DNA from: Camelus dromedarius
Lineage: Eukaryota
DNA: 64,000 nt
Assembly (NCBI RefSeq): GCF_036321535.1
Contig: NC_087436.1
Span: forward strand, 96,660,001 to 96,724,000
Reading direction: 5' to 3'
Shown: one piece after another, positions 1 through 13,564 of the stretch
Numbering within the stretch: position 1 is the stretch's first letter
Layout of the letters: the number at the start of each line of letters is the position of its first letter
Notes under the pieces: generated by a model
What the model saw: only the letters and a program-made list of their open reading frames with translations
Databases searched by the model: none
Told to the model about the DNA's origin: nothing
Position numbers and translations under genes: made by a program

Positions 1-984
1 AGAATTCCTATACCATGAAAACCTGTGTATTTTTCAACTCAGTATTCTGAATCTTACGCAGCAAGAAAATAAATTTCTCAATAATCTTTATTAACAACAT
101 ACAGAACTAGTGTTTTCTGCAGCTGCTGCTTGCAAATTGAACACTGTACATCAGGTTATCTTCACTGTATCTCAGATCTTCCCAATTCAAAACAATTTCT
201 GACAGACAAAGACACTTTTTGGTAAATATTCAGAAATTCAGAGACTCTTCTGGCCTCCATATCCAATCCTATACATACCTGGAATCAAGAAGGAACTTAA
301 CTGGTGTCCATGATACCAAGGGGTAGGGATTGTGACCTTGGACCCATAAGTGGTCTTAAGCAGTGGACTTGACTTTTCCTTTAGAGTCTGTCCACTGATT
401 TGTTTGCTAGAATTCACCACTGTCATCTGTGCTGGTGTACCCATGGTCCATCCTACTGGTGTGGTCAAAATCCTTGATGCCTGGACCTCACTTTGATTTG
501 CACTGACACTGCAGATCTTTGAGTCTCAGCCAGCATTTGGTCTCTCAGTCTTGTAGCCACATTGCCTTGTGTCAGAGAAGTCCTATGGCTTTCTTTTCAA
601 CTCCTCTTAACTCAGCTGTCTTTCTCTTCCCCTCTAACACATGCAGGGACTTCTGCACTGATTTGACGCCACAGAGAAGTATAACTCAAGCCATCTCTGT
701 GCCTAAATGTCAGTGACACCATTTACATATCACTGTGGCTGCCCATGAAGGCACAGGGGCACTTTTTCTTCCCCTGGTGGAAAAGGTGGTCTCCTTCCAG
801 ATTTCCAAACATGAAGCCAGGTATATGACTCCCTCTTTAGGCAGCTTCTCCTTAATCTCTCTGAGACTTCCATTGTATGACCTTTTCTTCTCCTTTCCTA
901 CCTTTTGACCTACAGTTTGACCCTGTGAAGATGAAGTTGTTGAAAGTGAGAAAAAGTATGTCAGAACTCTGTGCAGAACAGCAG

Positions 985-1225
985 AAGTAGAAGAGTGTAG
1001 CATCAAAACATCAGCTCTTGACCTGGAATTCCTGAGTTTGAACTCACCTTCTGCCATTTATAGCTGTGTAAACTTGAGCAAGTTACTTAAATCCTCTCCC
1101 TTAGTTTCCACAGTTCCATAACTGTAGACTGAAGATAATATCAGAAAGTTATTATAAAGATTTAAATGAGACAGTATGTATTAAGTTCTTGAAAAGTACA
1201 TGGAACATGGAGCTGCTAATTATAG
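985..1225 (+). mobile_element. MIR SINE, decayed
   Basis: MIR core-like 'gccatttatagctgtgtaaacttgagcaagttacttaaatcctc...gatttaaatgagac'. Confidence 0.75.
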
Positions 1226-4200
1226 TTGTCTACTGGCATTATTTCTTTCCCTCTTTCTGCCCAAAGCCTTCTGTCTGTTCAGGGATACAACTTCACAATT
1301 TTTGAAATTCTCTCTAACCACTTTTTTAAAAACTTCTACAACAAGTTGGCCTAGTCTAACAATCAATGGCTTTATTGTTCTACCTATTCTCTCTCCTCCT
1401 GAAACCTTGAAAACCACTGATTTAACACATTAAAAGCTAATGACATCACAATTTAAGTGAAATGGAAAAATCCATGGATTTTCAAAGATGTGTCTATTAT
1501 ATTGAAACACATATTGGAAAATGCTGAGTTAAACTAACATTAGAATATTAGGTAGAAAAATTAACTCTTCTTTGTCTTTTTTCTGTCTCAGTCTTTTGAG
1601 AAGGGAATTTCTCAAAAGTTCCTTCAACTTCTCAAAGAAATCCCTGCCCATCTTCTGACCTACCTTTCTAAAGAAAGAAAAAAGAGTTGTTAGTCTGGTC
1701 ACTGGACCTAATTATATCAGTGGGCTGGGCTTCCATGCCTTTAATGCAGGAATCAATTTCAAGCACAGTCTGGGCATAAAGCCTCCTAGAAGCTGGCTCC
1801 ATCATACCTGAGTGCTCTGGTTCAGCTTCTCTAACTGTGGTTAGTGAGTAAGGCAGTCCTGCTGTGGCTATGTCAACTGCTCAGGATGTGGATTCACAGT
1901 CAGCTCTACCAACATAACCTTCCATGTTCGAATAAGTAGAGAATAGGTTCTTGGCTTAGAAGAACCTATTAAGTGCAAGGATCGATCATCAGCCGGCCCT
2001 TTGGCAGAGCCCTAGAGCAGGCGAAAAAGAGAAAGAGAAGTAAAAAAGACTCCATATGTGCTTCTTTCCCTTCCTTCTTAACCAAGTGAGGGTCTTAGTG
2101 CAAAGTCATGTTATTGGAAAGGGCATAGATTCATTACTTATAGAATTCTCAAATTCTGAAAAGCTGGAAGTGACCTGATTTTATCAGTGATGAATCTGGG
2201 TCTGAGGAGATTGCCTGGAAAGGGAGAATTCCTCATATAGCAGCTGGATACATTCATTTTCAATATCAATGTTAGGGATTTTTTTTCTCCCCTTTTTAAC
2301 ATCAAGAGTAACTTCCTATGTTAATTTTTTTATTTAAACCTGTACTTTCTTAACCGACCTCAAGGTGAATGATAATGGTGTATTTAACCTAATTATGAGT
2401 TTCAGGGAAATGAATGTTATTTAAGGCCATACCTGAATGATAAGTCTATTTGCATATCACTTAAGGCAGCAATTTCTGCATTTTTAGAATTACAACATGC
2501 TCTCATGTTTTGGCATAATTTGAAAACTTTGCTAATGTGGCTACCTTTTAAAATATTTATTCTAATTTAAAATATTATGCACTGGGTTCTCTGTTTAAAA
2601 TCCTTTCTTTTCCTTCTTCAAATGAAAAACCAATCTTTTAAAAGGGAATACATTCTTAATAAGCATATTATTTTGTTACTGTAATTGCTTTGAAAAAGGT
2701 TGAATGTCAGACAGAAACCTCAAAAAAAGCAAAAATCAAATCTAGAGATATGTCTATTTTTTAATATCTACTTTTCCAGTTTCAGCATTTATGCCAGAAA
2801 AAAAAAAATCGATGCTAACATACGTTGACAGCATCTTTTCTCTTCAAAGTGTCTACAAATAACTTTAAAAAATAGAACTGCTTCATTCAACATGGAATGA
2901 CAGAATAATTTTGGGGTGAAAAATGGTCAATTTTTATCCCTAAGCCACATTGCCCTTTCTGTACTTTGGGGAAGCAACAAAGGCAGTTTGGCACTGATCT
3001 CTGTTAAACTTTATTTAAGAAATTAGCATCACAGACTCAATTCTGTCAGTATCCACAAAATCCTCATGCTGTTCTGACAACAGGAAAGGAAGGGAGATGA
3101 AGAACTTGGTGAAATACCTACTGGTATGGATCTGTATAAAGATGTAGATTGAATGTGTCTTCACAGTGGTTTTTTGAAGGTGATATACAATCTTTAAAAA
3201 TTCCTATTCTGAAATTTCCATTTTCACTTAACCCATTGGTTATTGAGAACATTCTCTGTGCACAGTGCTGTGCTGGGTACTGAGTGAGAGTGATGGAGAA
3301 ACAGAATTGACAATATGGTTTGCAATAGACCGTGGAACTCTTTTATAACAATGGGAAGCTACAACTGTTTGTTTCTCTTTTAGGGAAACAGAGCAGAAGC
3401 CCAGAGAGGAGAGATTCTAAATCCAGCATAGACTGAAACACAGTGAAATTCATCTCCCTCCTTCCATCTCTTTTCTTCTTCTTTGATCACAAACTGCTGC
3501 TGCTCACCTTACTCTTGTTCCTGATTACACATCACTACTGTCATTTCTTCAGTGCTGTCTTCCTTGACCTGTTCTCTCCAGTGCAGAGTTAGATGCTCTT
3601 TCCAAGTTCCATGTTCTTAATCTTCATGAGACAGTTGAGGCCCGAGGTGCGTATGTTTTCTGGAGGCAGGTAATTTATATCACTATTCATTTATCCTGAA
3701 AGTAGAGTCAGATCTCGTACACAGTAGGTGCTCCCCAATTGGCTGGAATACATAGGAATGACTTTTGGATGGAGTGGGACTTGAGATATACCTCAAGAGA
3801 GTGAAGTATAAGGAACTTTATTGCATGCTGTGATGGAACTTCTTCACTTGCTCTTAGGACCAGATTAAATTAAATCAAAAAGCTGAATAAGATCATTCAA
3901 GCCCAGCTATTGAAAGACATAAATGCTGTTTTTCTGTGGAGGAAAAGAGATTACTGTCATTAAACATACACTTATGAAAACTCTAAACTATATGTGGGAT
4001 ACTTTGTGACTTTTTGTTATTTGTCCTTATTAGGATGAATACTTTTGGGTCTTTGACATCATTTATTTTGTTCAAAGAAGTTATTGTAAATAGTATGCTC
4101 AAAGAATTTGATCCAACTTAGAATATTTTGGCATTCCTAACAATTCAGTTGTTTTCTAGTAGTAGTAGATGTGCTGTTAGACTGGTCCACTGTTGTGCTG

Positions 4201-5849
4201 ATGTTAATAATGAATGGACTATTGGTTTAAAATAGTCAGAATGGTCCCAGATAAGTCAGATAATTTATCACCATCAGTTATTTATGTTGGCTTGTATTAG
4301 TTGTGTTCATTAACCACTGGTTAATTCAGGAAAAGAATCAAACATATAGACTCTGACTAACTGAAGCAGCTGAAATCAGTGAACAAGTTTTTTCTACCCA
4401 TCTCTTTGTCATTTTATTATTTAGACTTGGTTTAGGGATGTGAATATTAGTAAAATATCAAACCATCAAAAGAATTCATGTGTGAAATGGTGTGTCTGTT
4501 TTATAATGAGTATAATATTGTGTTTAGAAATGAACAGGATTTAAATACCTTGCAAGATTATCACTAAGGTAATGAAACAGCCAAAAATAAATTGCTGCAA
4601 CCTAACATGCACATTTCTTTATACTTTGGTTTTTTCATACTACTTTATCATCTATTCAGAACCACCCAATTCAAACTGTGAGTAGAAACAAAGAGTTACA
4701 GCCATCCTTCAAACATATCAAACTGTCTATTCCTCTTCAAATGATTATCATTGGCTGAGCCTATACAAGTCATACCTTGATTTGGAGTTTACCTTTTAAT
4801 TAAAACATCTTTGAAATAGTGGTGATAAATTCTATATTTTTGGAAGTCCATCTTCCTTGTTCATGTCTTCCAAGTAACACATCACTGATTTGTCTTTTAA
4901 TTCTTTTCCTTTTGAAAAAAAAAAAAAAGATCTTGTGCTCTTCAGTAATTCTGCTTGAATGAATATGCAGGGTTTTGAGTTGATTCATTCTCATTTCTAA
5001 AAGAGTGAGGAGTTTTTCCTTTATTTTCCATTGTCATCTTTAAGGTAGATAGGGGTCATTTGTAAAAAAAAAAAAAAAAATGGGTGGGATGATCCAGAAG
5101 TAAAACAAACATCTAATAAAGGAAACTATTTCAATTTCTTTCCCTTTTTCTTCTCTGTATACTTGTTGGAATTGTTAATAAGTTGTCATGCTCTGGATTT
5201 AAATCAGCCAAAAATATTTATCAGAGAATAATCATAGAAAAAACACTTCTTTGTGAATTCAAATTATATCAACATGACAATTTTTATAGTTTCCAGGTTA
5301 CTTTTACATTTCTCTATTTTGAGTAGATTAGGGTGACACAAGACCCCTGTGAATTAAGTTTAACTGTTACCATTTTGTAGGTAAGAAATCTGTCAGAGAG
5401 AAGACAAATCCATTTAGTTTGCCCAACTAGTCATTTAAGTCTAGGTTAGACTTAAATTCAGTTCTCTAACTCTGTAGGTTTTTTGTTTTTATATTTTATT
5501 TCTTGCGCACCACAGATCTGATTAGAATGTAGTTGTTTTGTGTATGATACTATATATTGGACTAACTGGATTCAGCAGGATACAAGCAGAAAGCAAGTAT
5601 TTTTTTTCCTCAACACTCCTGTCCTGTTGATTCTTCTTCATGTGTTCCTGACAATATCTTGATAATTGGACAGTCTTCCTGTCACATTCAGGTAAATCAG
5701 ATCTCAATTACAGGTGTTGAAAATCTTTTTGGTTTAAAGTTTCTACCTTTTTTTCAGTTCAGAGCTTTTCCTTTTCCCATTTTGGGCCACACTCCAATAA
5801 GAAGGCTGCATCTATAGCACAGAAGAAGGAATTTAATATTAAAAAAAAA

Positions 5850-6243
5850 TAGTGACGTGGCAGGCACATGCTAGCGTTAGAGATATTTCAGTGATCCAAA
5901 TAGCGATTCTACCCATAAGGAGCTTAAATTCAGCTTACATGTTAAAGAAAATGGGAAAAGCTGAGCAGCGTAAGAGAGGACATAAGTACTAAACATGGTG
6001 GTAGGAGAGTGTCAGGTTGCAGAAATAAACAGATTAGTTTCGGTAGGCCTTGTGGAGAAATTGATATTTGATAAAGATATGAATAATGTTAAAGAGTTGG
6101 CCATGCTAATATGTGGGCAGAGGAGACAGAGAAAGGGCCTGGCACATTCAGAGCATGATGAGGAGGCCAGTGAAGGTAAAGTAGAGAGAGTGAGGTAGAA
6201 AGTAGGAGACATAAGGTCACAGAAACACAAAGGCCAGATCATG
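5850..6243 (-). mobile_element. L2 LINE fragment (left part, interrupted by LTR16)
   Basis: Resembles the L2 3' region antisense and ends 'ggccagatcat'. It resumes at about 8683 with 'aggccttcaggccat'. Confidence 0.65.
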
Positions 6244-6339
6244 GTCAGTGTGGGTCCTCCAGCAAGCAGATGCTGATATAGAGTTAGGAGTGCAAGAAGT
6301 TTATTAGGGGCAGCATCCTGTGAATGAAAAATGAAGAAT
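6244..6339 (-). mobile_element. LTR16-family ERVL LTR (left part, interrupted by L1)
   Basis: 'gggtcctccagcaagcagatgctga...gagtgcaagaagtttatt' resembles the LTR16 3' end antisense, including the poly(A) signal. Confidence 0.6.
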
Positions 6340-7197
6340 GGGTCCCATTTGTTTATTTTAGCTTTTATTTCTTTTGCTTTAGGAGACAGATCAAAAAAAT
6401 ATTACTAAGATTTATGTCAAAGAGTGTTCTGCCCATGCTCTCATCTAGGAGTTTTATGGCCTCAGGTTGTACAGTTAGGTCGTCAATCCATTTTGAGTTT
6501 ATTTTTGTATATGATGTGAGGAAATGTTCTAATCTCATTCTGGTTTTCCCAGAACCACTTATTGAAGAGACTGTCTTTTCTCTATTGTATATTCTTGCTT
6601 CCTCTGTTGTAGATTAATTGATCAAAGATGCATGGGTTTATTTCTGGGCTCTCTATTCTGTTCCATTGAAGTATGTGTATGTTTTTGTGCCAGTACCGGG
6701 CTGTTTTGATTACTGTAGCTTTGTAGTGTAGTCTGAAATCTGGGAGAGTGGTACCTTCAGTTTTGTTCTTTTTTTCCTCAAGATTGCTTTGGCAGTTTGG
6801 AGTCTCTTGTGGTTGCATATGAATTTTAAGATTATTTGTTCTAGTTCAATGAAAACTGTCATGGGTATTTTAATAGCAATTGCATTAAGTCTGTAGATTG
6901 CTTTGAGCAGTATGGCCATTTTAACAATATTAATTCTTCCAATCCAGGAGTGTACAGTATCTTTCCATTTTTTTTGTGTTATCTTCAATTTCCTTCATCA
7001 GTATTTTATTTTTTTCAGAGTACAGGTCTTTCACCTCCTTGGTTAAGTTTATTCTTAGGTTCTATAATAATTTTTGATGTGATTTTAAACGATTTTTTGA
7101 ACTTTCTTTTTCTAATAGCTCATTATTAGTGTATAGAAAAGCAATAGATTTCTATATCTTAATCTTATATCCTGAAACATTGCTAAATTCATTTATT
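6340..7197 (-). mobile_element. L1 ORF2 segment, inverted 5' part of a twin-primed L1
   Basis: Minus-strand ORFs 6710-6988 ([28 protein letters not shown]) and 6582-6818 ([23 protein letters not shown]) are L1 ORF2p sequences. Confidence 0.92.
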
Positions 7198-8295
7198 AGA
7201 AATAAAAGCAAAAATAAACAAATGGGACCTAATTAAACTTAAAACCTTTTGCATAGCAAAGGAAACCATCAACAAAACAAAACAAAACAAAACACTACCA
7301 AATGGGAGAAAATATTTGCAAATGATATGACCAACAAGGGACTAATATCCAAAATACATCAACAGCTCACACAACTTAGTATCAAAAAAACCCCAACTAG
7401 CCAATCAAAAAAATGAGCAGAAGACTAATAGATATTTTTCCAAGGAAGACATACAGATGGCTAACAAGTACATGAAAAACTGCTTAACATCACTAATTAT
7501 TAGAGAAATGCAAATCAAAACAATGAGACATCACCTCACACCTGTCAGAATGGCTAACATGAGAAAGTCTACAATTGACAAGTGTTGGCAAGGATATGGA
7601 GAAAAGGGAACCCTTGTACACTGTTGGTGGGAGTGTAAATTGGTATAGCAACTATGGAAAACAGTATGGAGGTTTCTCAAAAAACTAAAAATTGAACTAC
7701 AATATGACCTATCAATTCCATTCCTGGAAAAACCCAAAAACACTAATTTGAAAAGATGCATGCACCCCGATGTTCATAGCAGCACTATTTACAATAGCCA
7801 AAATATGAGAGCAATCCAAGTGTCCATAAACAGACAAGTGGCTAAAGAAGATGTGGTATATATCTATACTAGACTATTACTTAGCCATAAAAAAGAATGA
7901 AATTTTATCATTTACAGCAATGTGGATGGACCTAGAGAATATCGTGCTTAGTGAAATAAGTCAGAGAAGGACAAACACTGTATCATATCACTTATATGTG
8001 GAATCTAAAAAATAATACAAACAAATATATATAGCAAAACATTCATAGATATAGAAAACAAACTATCCAAGAGGAGAGGGAAGGGGGAGAGGCATATTAG
8101 AGGAATAGGACTAAGAGATACAAACGATGTATCAAATACATAAACAACAAGGATATATTGTATAGCACAAAGAATTATAGCTGTTATCTTGTAATAGCTT
8201 TAATGAAGTATGAACTGTAAAAATACTGAGTCACTATACTGTACACCGGAAACTAATATAATATTGTACATCAATTATTCTGTATCTTAAAAAAG
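7198..8295 (+). mobile_element. L1 ORF2 C-terminus and 3' UTR (cetartiodactyl type)
   Basis: ORF 7457-7648 ([22 protein letters not shown]...HCWWECKLV), followed by a typical L1 3' UTR and a short A tail. Confidence 0.92.
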
Positions 8296-8682
8296 AGGCA
8301 GAAAGAGGCAGAATTGGTTAGGGACAGGCTTCAGACTGCAATGCAAATCTAATATCTGTGAAATGCAAGAGGAAAGGAGACAGAATTGAACAGGGACAAC
8401 CTCATTGTGATTCATATTTGGTATATTCTCAGCCAAACTAATGGTTCAGAGCAAAGATGGCCTATAAGAGTAGTTTTGCATTTGGCAGGAATAGATAGCC
8501 AGGTCTAGTACCCCCACTGTATGTGCGTCATTGGCTGGGGACTACTTGGGAAGAGCGGGGCTTTAAATGCTGCAGCAGATACTGATGTCCTTCAGCTAGA
8601 AGCCATCAGCTAATATAAGCAGCTGGATGTCAAGTTATTTTTCTAAGGGAGATCTGAGTGGCACACCTTTATGTCTGCTCTA
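8296..8682 (-). mobile_element. LTR16-family ERVL LTR (right part)
   Basis: 'gtacccccactg...gtcattggctgggg...ggggagatctgagtggcacacc' resembles the LTR16 5' half antisense. Confidence 0.6.
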
Positions 8683-8915
8683 GGCCTTCAGGCCATTTTA
8701 TGGCTTTGATTTTTAGTCTAAGAGAAAGGGAATCTAAACAGAGGAATACATGGTTTGACTTTATTTTGAGCAGAATCACTTTGGCTGTGTCAAGAATAGA
8801 CTGTAGTGGGCAAGGGTAAAAGCAGGGAGGAAGTTAATGCGATAATTCTTAAGAGTTAATGCCCCAGACCAGGGCAGTGGTGGTAGAGGTGGTAAGAAAT
8901 GGTGGCATTCTGGTT
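8683..8915 (-). mobile_element. L2 LINE fragment (continuation)
   Basis: 'agaatcactttggctg...agaatagactgtag...ggtggtagaggtggtaagaaatggt' is typical L2 antisense. Confidence 0.65.
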
Positions 8916-9577
8916 GCACAGTGTCACTTAGCTGCTTTCTGATGTGCTGGCTTCTTCAGTACCTACCCTTGCTCTTCTGACCTAGTCCTCATCTCCAATC
9001 ATTTTGTTTCATTTTGTTACCTCAGACCTCCAATATTGAACCTAAGGGACAAGACATACAGGATCAAAAAAATTTTACTTGACTACTGGAGTTGTAATCT
9101 AGTATGGTATGCTGTGTGGGCGACAGTCATCAATACTTATATTCTATATTGTGGATTAAAATTTTTTTTTTTGGTTGTTGTTCTTCTAAGATACAAACTA
9201 TTGAGTTCCTCTGACTATACTTTTTTAGCAGGACCAAAAGTCTTTGCTATCTAGCTACTTATATTTTCCCCTCTGCGCTTATTTTTCTGCAGTCCACTCC
9301 ATAGGAGGCTCACCTGAAGGAGGTCTTTTTGGATAGAGGACTTTCAGTGTAACTCTGAGGGGTTTATGCATGTCCCACAGAAAACATGACTACTTGTCAC
9401 TACAAACAAGGTAGTAGGGCTTTCTTCCTCTGGAGTCATCTCTCTTCCTCTTCCTATAGCATTGATTTTATTTTTTTCCATCAGTGAGTCGTGTGCCAGG
9501 CTCTGAATTTTCAGCATTTCAAAAGATACAGGCCAAACTCTTTGGATGGTTCTTTCAGAGCACACTTCACTTGAGGG

Positions 9578-10062
9578 TGTAAAGTGCAAAAATGGCCCAA
9601 ATTCTCTACTATTCCTGTACCCACACTCTTTGCAACATGACTTTGCAGCCCCTCTCATCAGAGGGTTGAGTCTACTTCTCCACCCTTAAAAAGGGACTTA
9701 GTCTGAGCAGGAAAAAGCATTGTTGGGCTAGTCCCAAGGCTAGTACTCAGAAGACCTTGCATATTTCTACTCTCCCACTTGGGGCCCTATCACCTCTGCC
9801 ATGTGGATAAGTATGGGCGAAGCAGCTGGAGGGTGAGAGGCCACATGGAATCCACATAAGCCATCTCAGCTGAACTTTCCCTAGGTCAGCCCTCTCATCT
9901 GTTACATAGCTAAAGGCAGAGGCATGAGTCCAGCCGAAACCAGGGACTGCTCAACTGAATGCAGCCCCAATGGTTGAGCCACATAATTAAAAGCAAAATC
10001 AATGGCTGTTATTTTCCATCTTTAAATTTTGTGGTGGTTAGTTATGTGGCAAGAAACTAGTT
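9578..10062 (+). mobile_element. MaLR solo LTR (MLT1G/H-like)
   Basis: 5' end 'gcaaaaatggccc...ctttgcaacatgactttgcagcccctctcatcagagg'; 3' end 'ttttgtggtggttagttatgtggcaa'. Confidence 0.75.
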
Positions 10063-10411
10063 GGTATCCTTGGATTCGGTTAAGGGAAGTAATCCCACCG
10101 TACTATGAAGTTAAAAGAGGGAAAGAGACTACTACACTCTAAAATTACTCTTCTTCCTAAAGAAATATTCACTTTCCTAATCAATATTCAAGTCTTTACA
10201 TACTTTCAAGGTCAGTGATAGCCTAAAGGTCATTAACCTGATTTTTAGTGGCTACCAATTAAATTTGCTAAGGATGGTATGATGTTTCTTTCTAGAATCT
10301 TCAGGCATTAAATAAACATTCTCAGAGCTGGGGATCCATCCAAAAGTGAAAATAAAAAGGAAAGACTTATTTAAGCAACTTTTTAAAAGTACAAGGACCA
10401 TGTACAAGAGT

Positions 10412-10615
10412 CAGCATAGATTAGTGGTGACATGAATGGACTTCAAATCCTACTTAGAAACTGATCCTCCACTTATTAGACAACCTGGACAAGTTAGTTA
10501 ACTTCTTTGATGCTCAGTTTCCATGTGGTCAACTTAGAATAAAATAGTACCTGTATCATGTGTTGTATGGATCAAATGAGAATATGTTTAAAACACTTAA
10601 AATAGTTACAGCATA
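10412..10615 (+). mobile_element. MIR SINE
   Basis: 'ggacaagttagttaacttctttgatgctcagtttcc...atagtacctg...atcaaatgag'. Confidence 0.7.
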
Positions 10616-12383
10616 TACATTCCATGAACAGTACATATCATTAATATAGTGTATTGTTCAGCACAAGAAATGGTATGACAAAGATAAAATAAAAATATAT
10701 TGAAAACCCCACTTTCTGGAATTACCATGCAATTCCATGTAGCTATGACATTTTATGTAGCTATGTACCTACAGTGCTATTTTCATTTGCAATCATGAGT
10801 AATGTTGAGTGTCTATGAATGATGTGTGGCTTAAGAACCATTTAGTATAAACTAACAAATAACAAATGAAGCCAAATTTGTAAGAAATTATTGATGGCAT
10901 TTGAAATACAACTCTATTAGCTGTACCAAGCTTGAGGCTCTGAGTGCTAATTCTGCAAATGACTGACTGAAAGCCTCCACCAGTAATTAAAATGTTTTCA
11001 TTATATCTTCTTTTCATTTATCAAAGTAATCATATATAAAAATCAACTTTGTGTGCATAAACTTTAATGTATTAAAATATGATAAATGAATATTGTTAGC
11101 ATCCTCATCCCTATTTATACTTGTTAGCTTGTGTTTTTGTTATGAATTATTTTAATTGAATATATTAGATTTCCTACCAGTTGATCTAATATTGATGCTG
11201 TTCTACATCAACAATTTTCAATTAATGATGCCTGCTATCCAGTGTGATAGAAGTAATTATTTTGATGATTATCCAAGCCAGTGTCCATAAGGATAGAGGG
11301 TAAGATAATGCTAGAGACACAGTTATGAATAATTGAATGTTGCTTGTGAATATCTCAGTGGTTTTAAAACATTTTCTATGAGATATCTCATAAAATGATC
11401 CCTGCAGCCACTGAATTAACAACTCTTAAATTAAAAAATCATATAAAAACTCTCTCATTAAATAACTTGTGATTAGCCAAGTGTTTAATCATCCATTGTC
11501 AAGAGCTGATAAGATGCAAAAGAATTAACTACTCAGTTACAACTCTGTCACCTACATGTCTTTGTCACAGTTAGGAAAGCATGACAAGAATGGCAAACAT
11601 TCTTTATTCACAAAGCCTTTTCCCAATGTGAATGTTGAATTCCTCATGTCATTACTTTCCCCACAAGAATGAATTCACATAATTTCAAGTTTTATTGCTG
11701 TAGATGTGTGACAGAACTCGTATTATCCTTGACAGTGTCTTATCATACATTAGTCTCAGAGGTGGATAAATGCTTCAGCAAAACATAAAAGGCATAACCG
11801 TTCATACAGAACTTGCTAAGCTGATGAGTGCTTTTACATATTTTCACAAGTCCTTTTTTGGTTTATATTTTGTTAAGATACAGGTTAAAATTCTTGTTAT
11901 TTTGGCACTCTTTTAGTTTCCTAGTCAGAGTAACTGTCTCTATTTCATGTGCTGAGGCTTTGATATACTGTGAAAATTCATGCCATCATGATAGCACATT
12001 AGAAAGACTAGCACACTGTTGTCTTCCAAACTGAAGACTTGCTTCTATAGCCCTTCATATTGATTCTCTTCCAGGACCCAGTGGCAGAGCTTAATGTATC
12101 AATACAGAGTTCATTCCATTGTTAAAAGACTGTCACCAATATAATTGGTTGTTTGCTTAATTTACCAAGAATATGTCACTCTATAATTTCCACTCATTGA
12201 AAATATCATCTGTCTCCTGAAACTATACCCAGCAGAAATTACATTTTTAATTCCTTCGAATGTTGGAAGACAACCATCATGTTTCTTTGAATGTTTTCTT
12301 TTCCAGACTCTATTTGGCTGTTTTTTACCCAATTCCTTGAAAGTACAGTGTATATAATCCTAGGGGGCAAAAAATGTAATACC

Positions 12384-12411
12384 TTTTGTTTTTGTTTTTG
12401 TTTTTGTTTTT
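12384..12411. repeat. (TTTTTG)n microsatellite
   Basis: Directly visible. Confidence 0.85.
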
Positions 12412-13564
12412 AACTGCACTAAATTTCTATCACAAACTCCCCTTCTGCCTCTAAAGAGGCAGAAACTTTATCTTAACTAGTTCAGCATCCTCATCAATTT
12501 CTCAATGTTCTGAGTGGCATAAGTATTGTAAAGACTCCACACTGATACCCAATGATACCTTTTTATTTCTCTAGGAAATTTAGTTTATGAATGTCATTGC
12601 TACATCCTCTTCATCTCAACTGCGCATGGCCTTCCAGTCACCTGGATCTGTGAAGCACCTTCACTTTGTTGGCAGAAAATATTTCAATCTTCCATGAACC
12701 CTGCTCAGAAAACATGCCTTCTATAATTCTGACCTAAGCCCATTTGCTTAGACTCTCTAATATATATCTTTTCTCCTTGAATCATACAAGCAATAGGAAA
12801 ATTTTAGATTCTTGCTACTTTCCTGGACTTAACTTCCCAAAGAGGAGTAGAGGTCCCTACAATCTGGATTCTCCAAACTTCTTCAGTAGACTCTACATAT
12901 CTGTTCTTCATATCCATCGCCTCCTCTCAGTTGTGATTCTTTAACGTAGGATGAGTGCAATATCTTGGTATTTTATTGCTGCTTACAAATGTATGTTATT
13001 TTATATCTAGACAATTATGTTTTTAGATTATCTGCTATTCTAACACTCTCTTGCTTTAATAGAAATATCCAAGTCTAGTCTACTTTGATGAATGACTAGA
13101 ACCTCCAAGGCAAAAACCAGGAATTAATTTCAAGCCTAATCAACTTATAGCATCTATTTCTTAGCCCATAGCTACCTAGAAGTAACATTATACCTATTAC
13201 TTTCTCCAGAGAATTATTTTATAGTTTTTACAATGGTGGAGTTGGTCTTTTAGCTTTCCTTGTTCCCTCTATTTTCCCCAAGTTAGTTTTTCTCTTTCCT
13301 TTAAATTTTAGTTTGAACGTCTCTTCATGAGTACCTCAAATAGTATTTCCAGTCCTCCAGAAGACCTCTTAGATTCTTGCCAAGAGTCTGTTCATCATTA
13401 TACTAGAACATATCTTTGTTTAGAAACCCAAATCTTGTCTTTTCATGTCATCATTATAACCATCTGCTGCTTTATCATGCCGCCTTTACTTTTAAAGCCA
13501 TGAGTGTCAATCATATTCCTAAAATTTTTAGTGTCATACACAGAATATCTACCTTAAATCATTC

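Noticed and set aside
12000..13500. Possible ancient CR1/L3 remnant
   Set aside because: Only a faint resemblance near 12265-12310; too weak to call without an HMM search.
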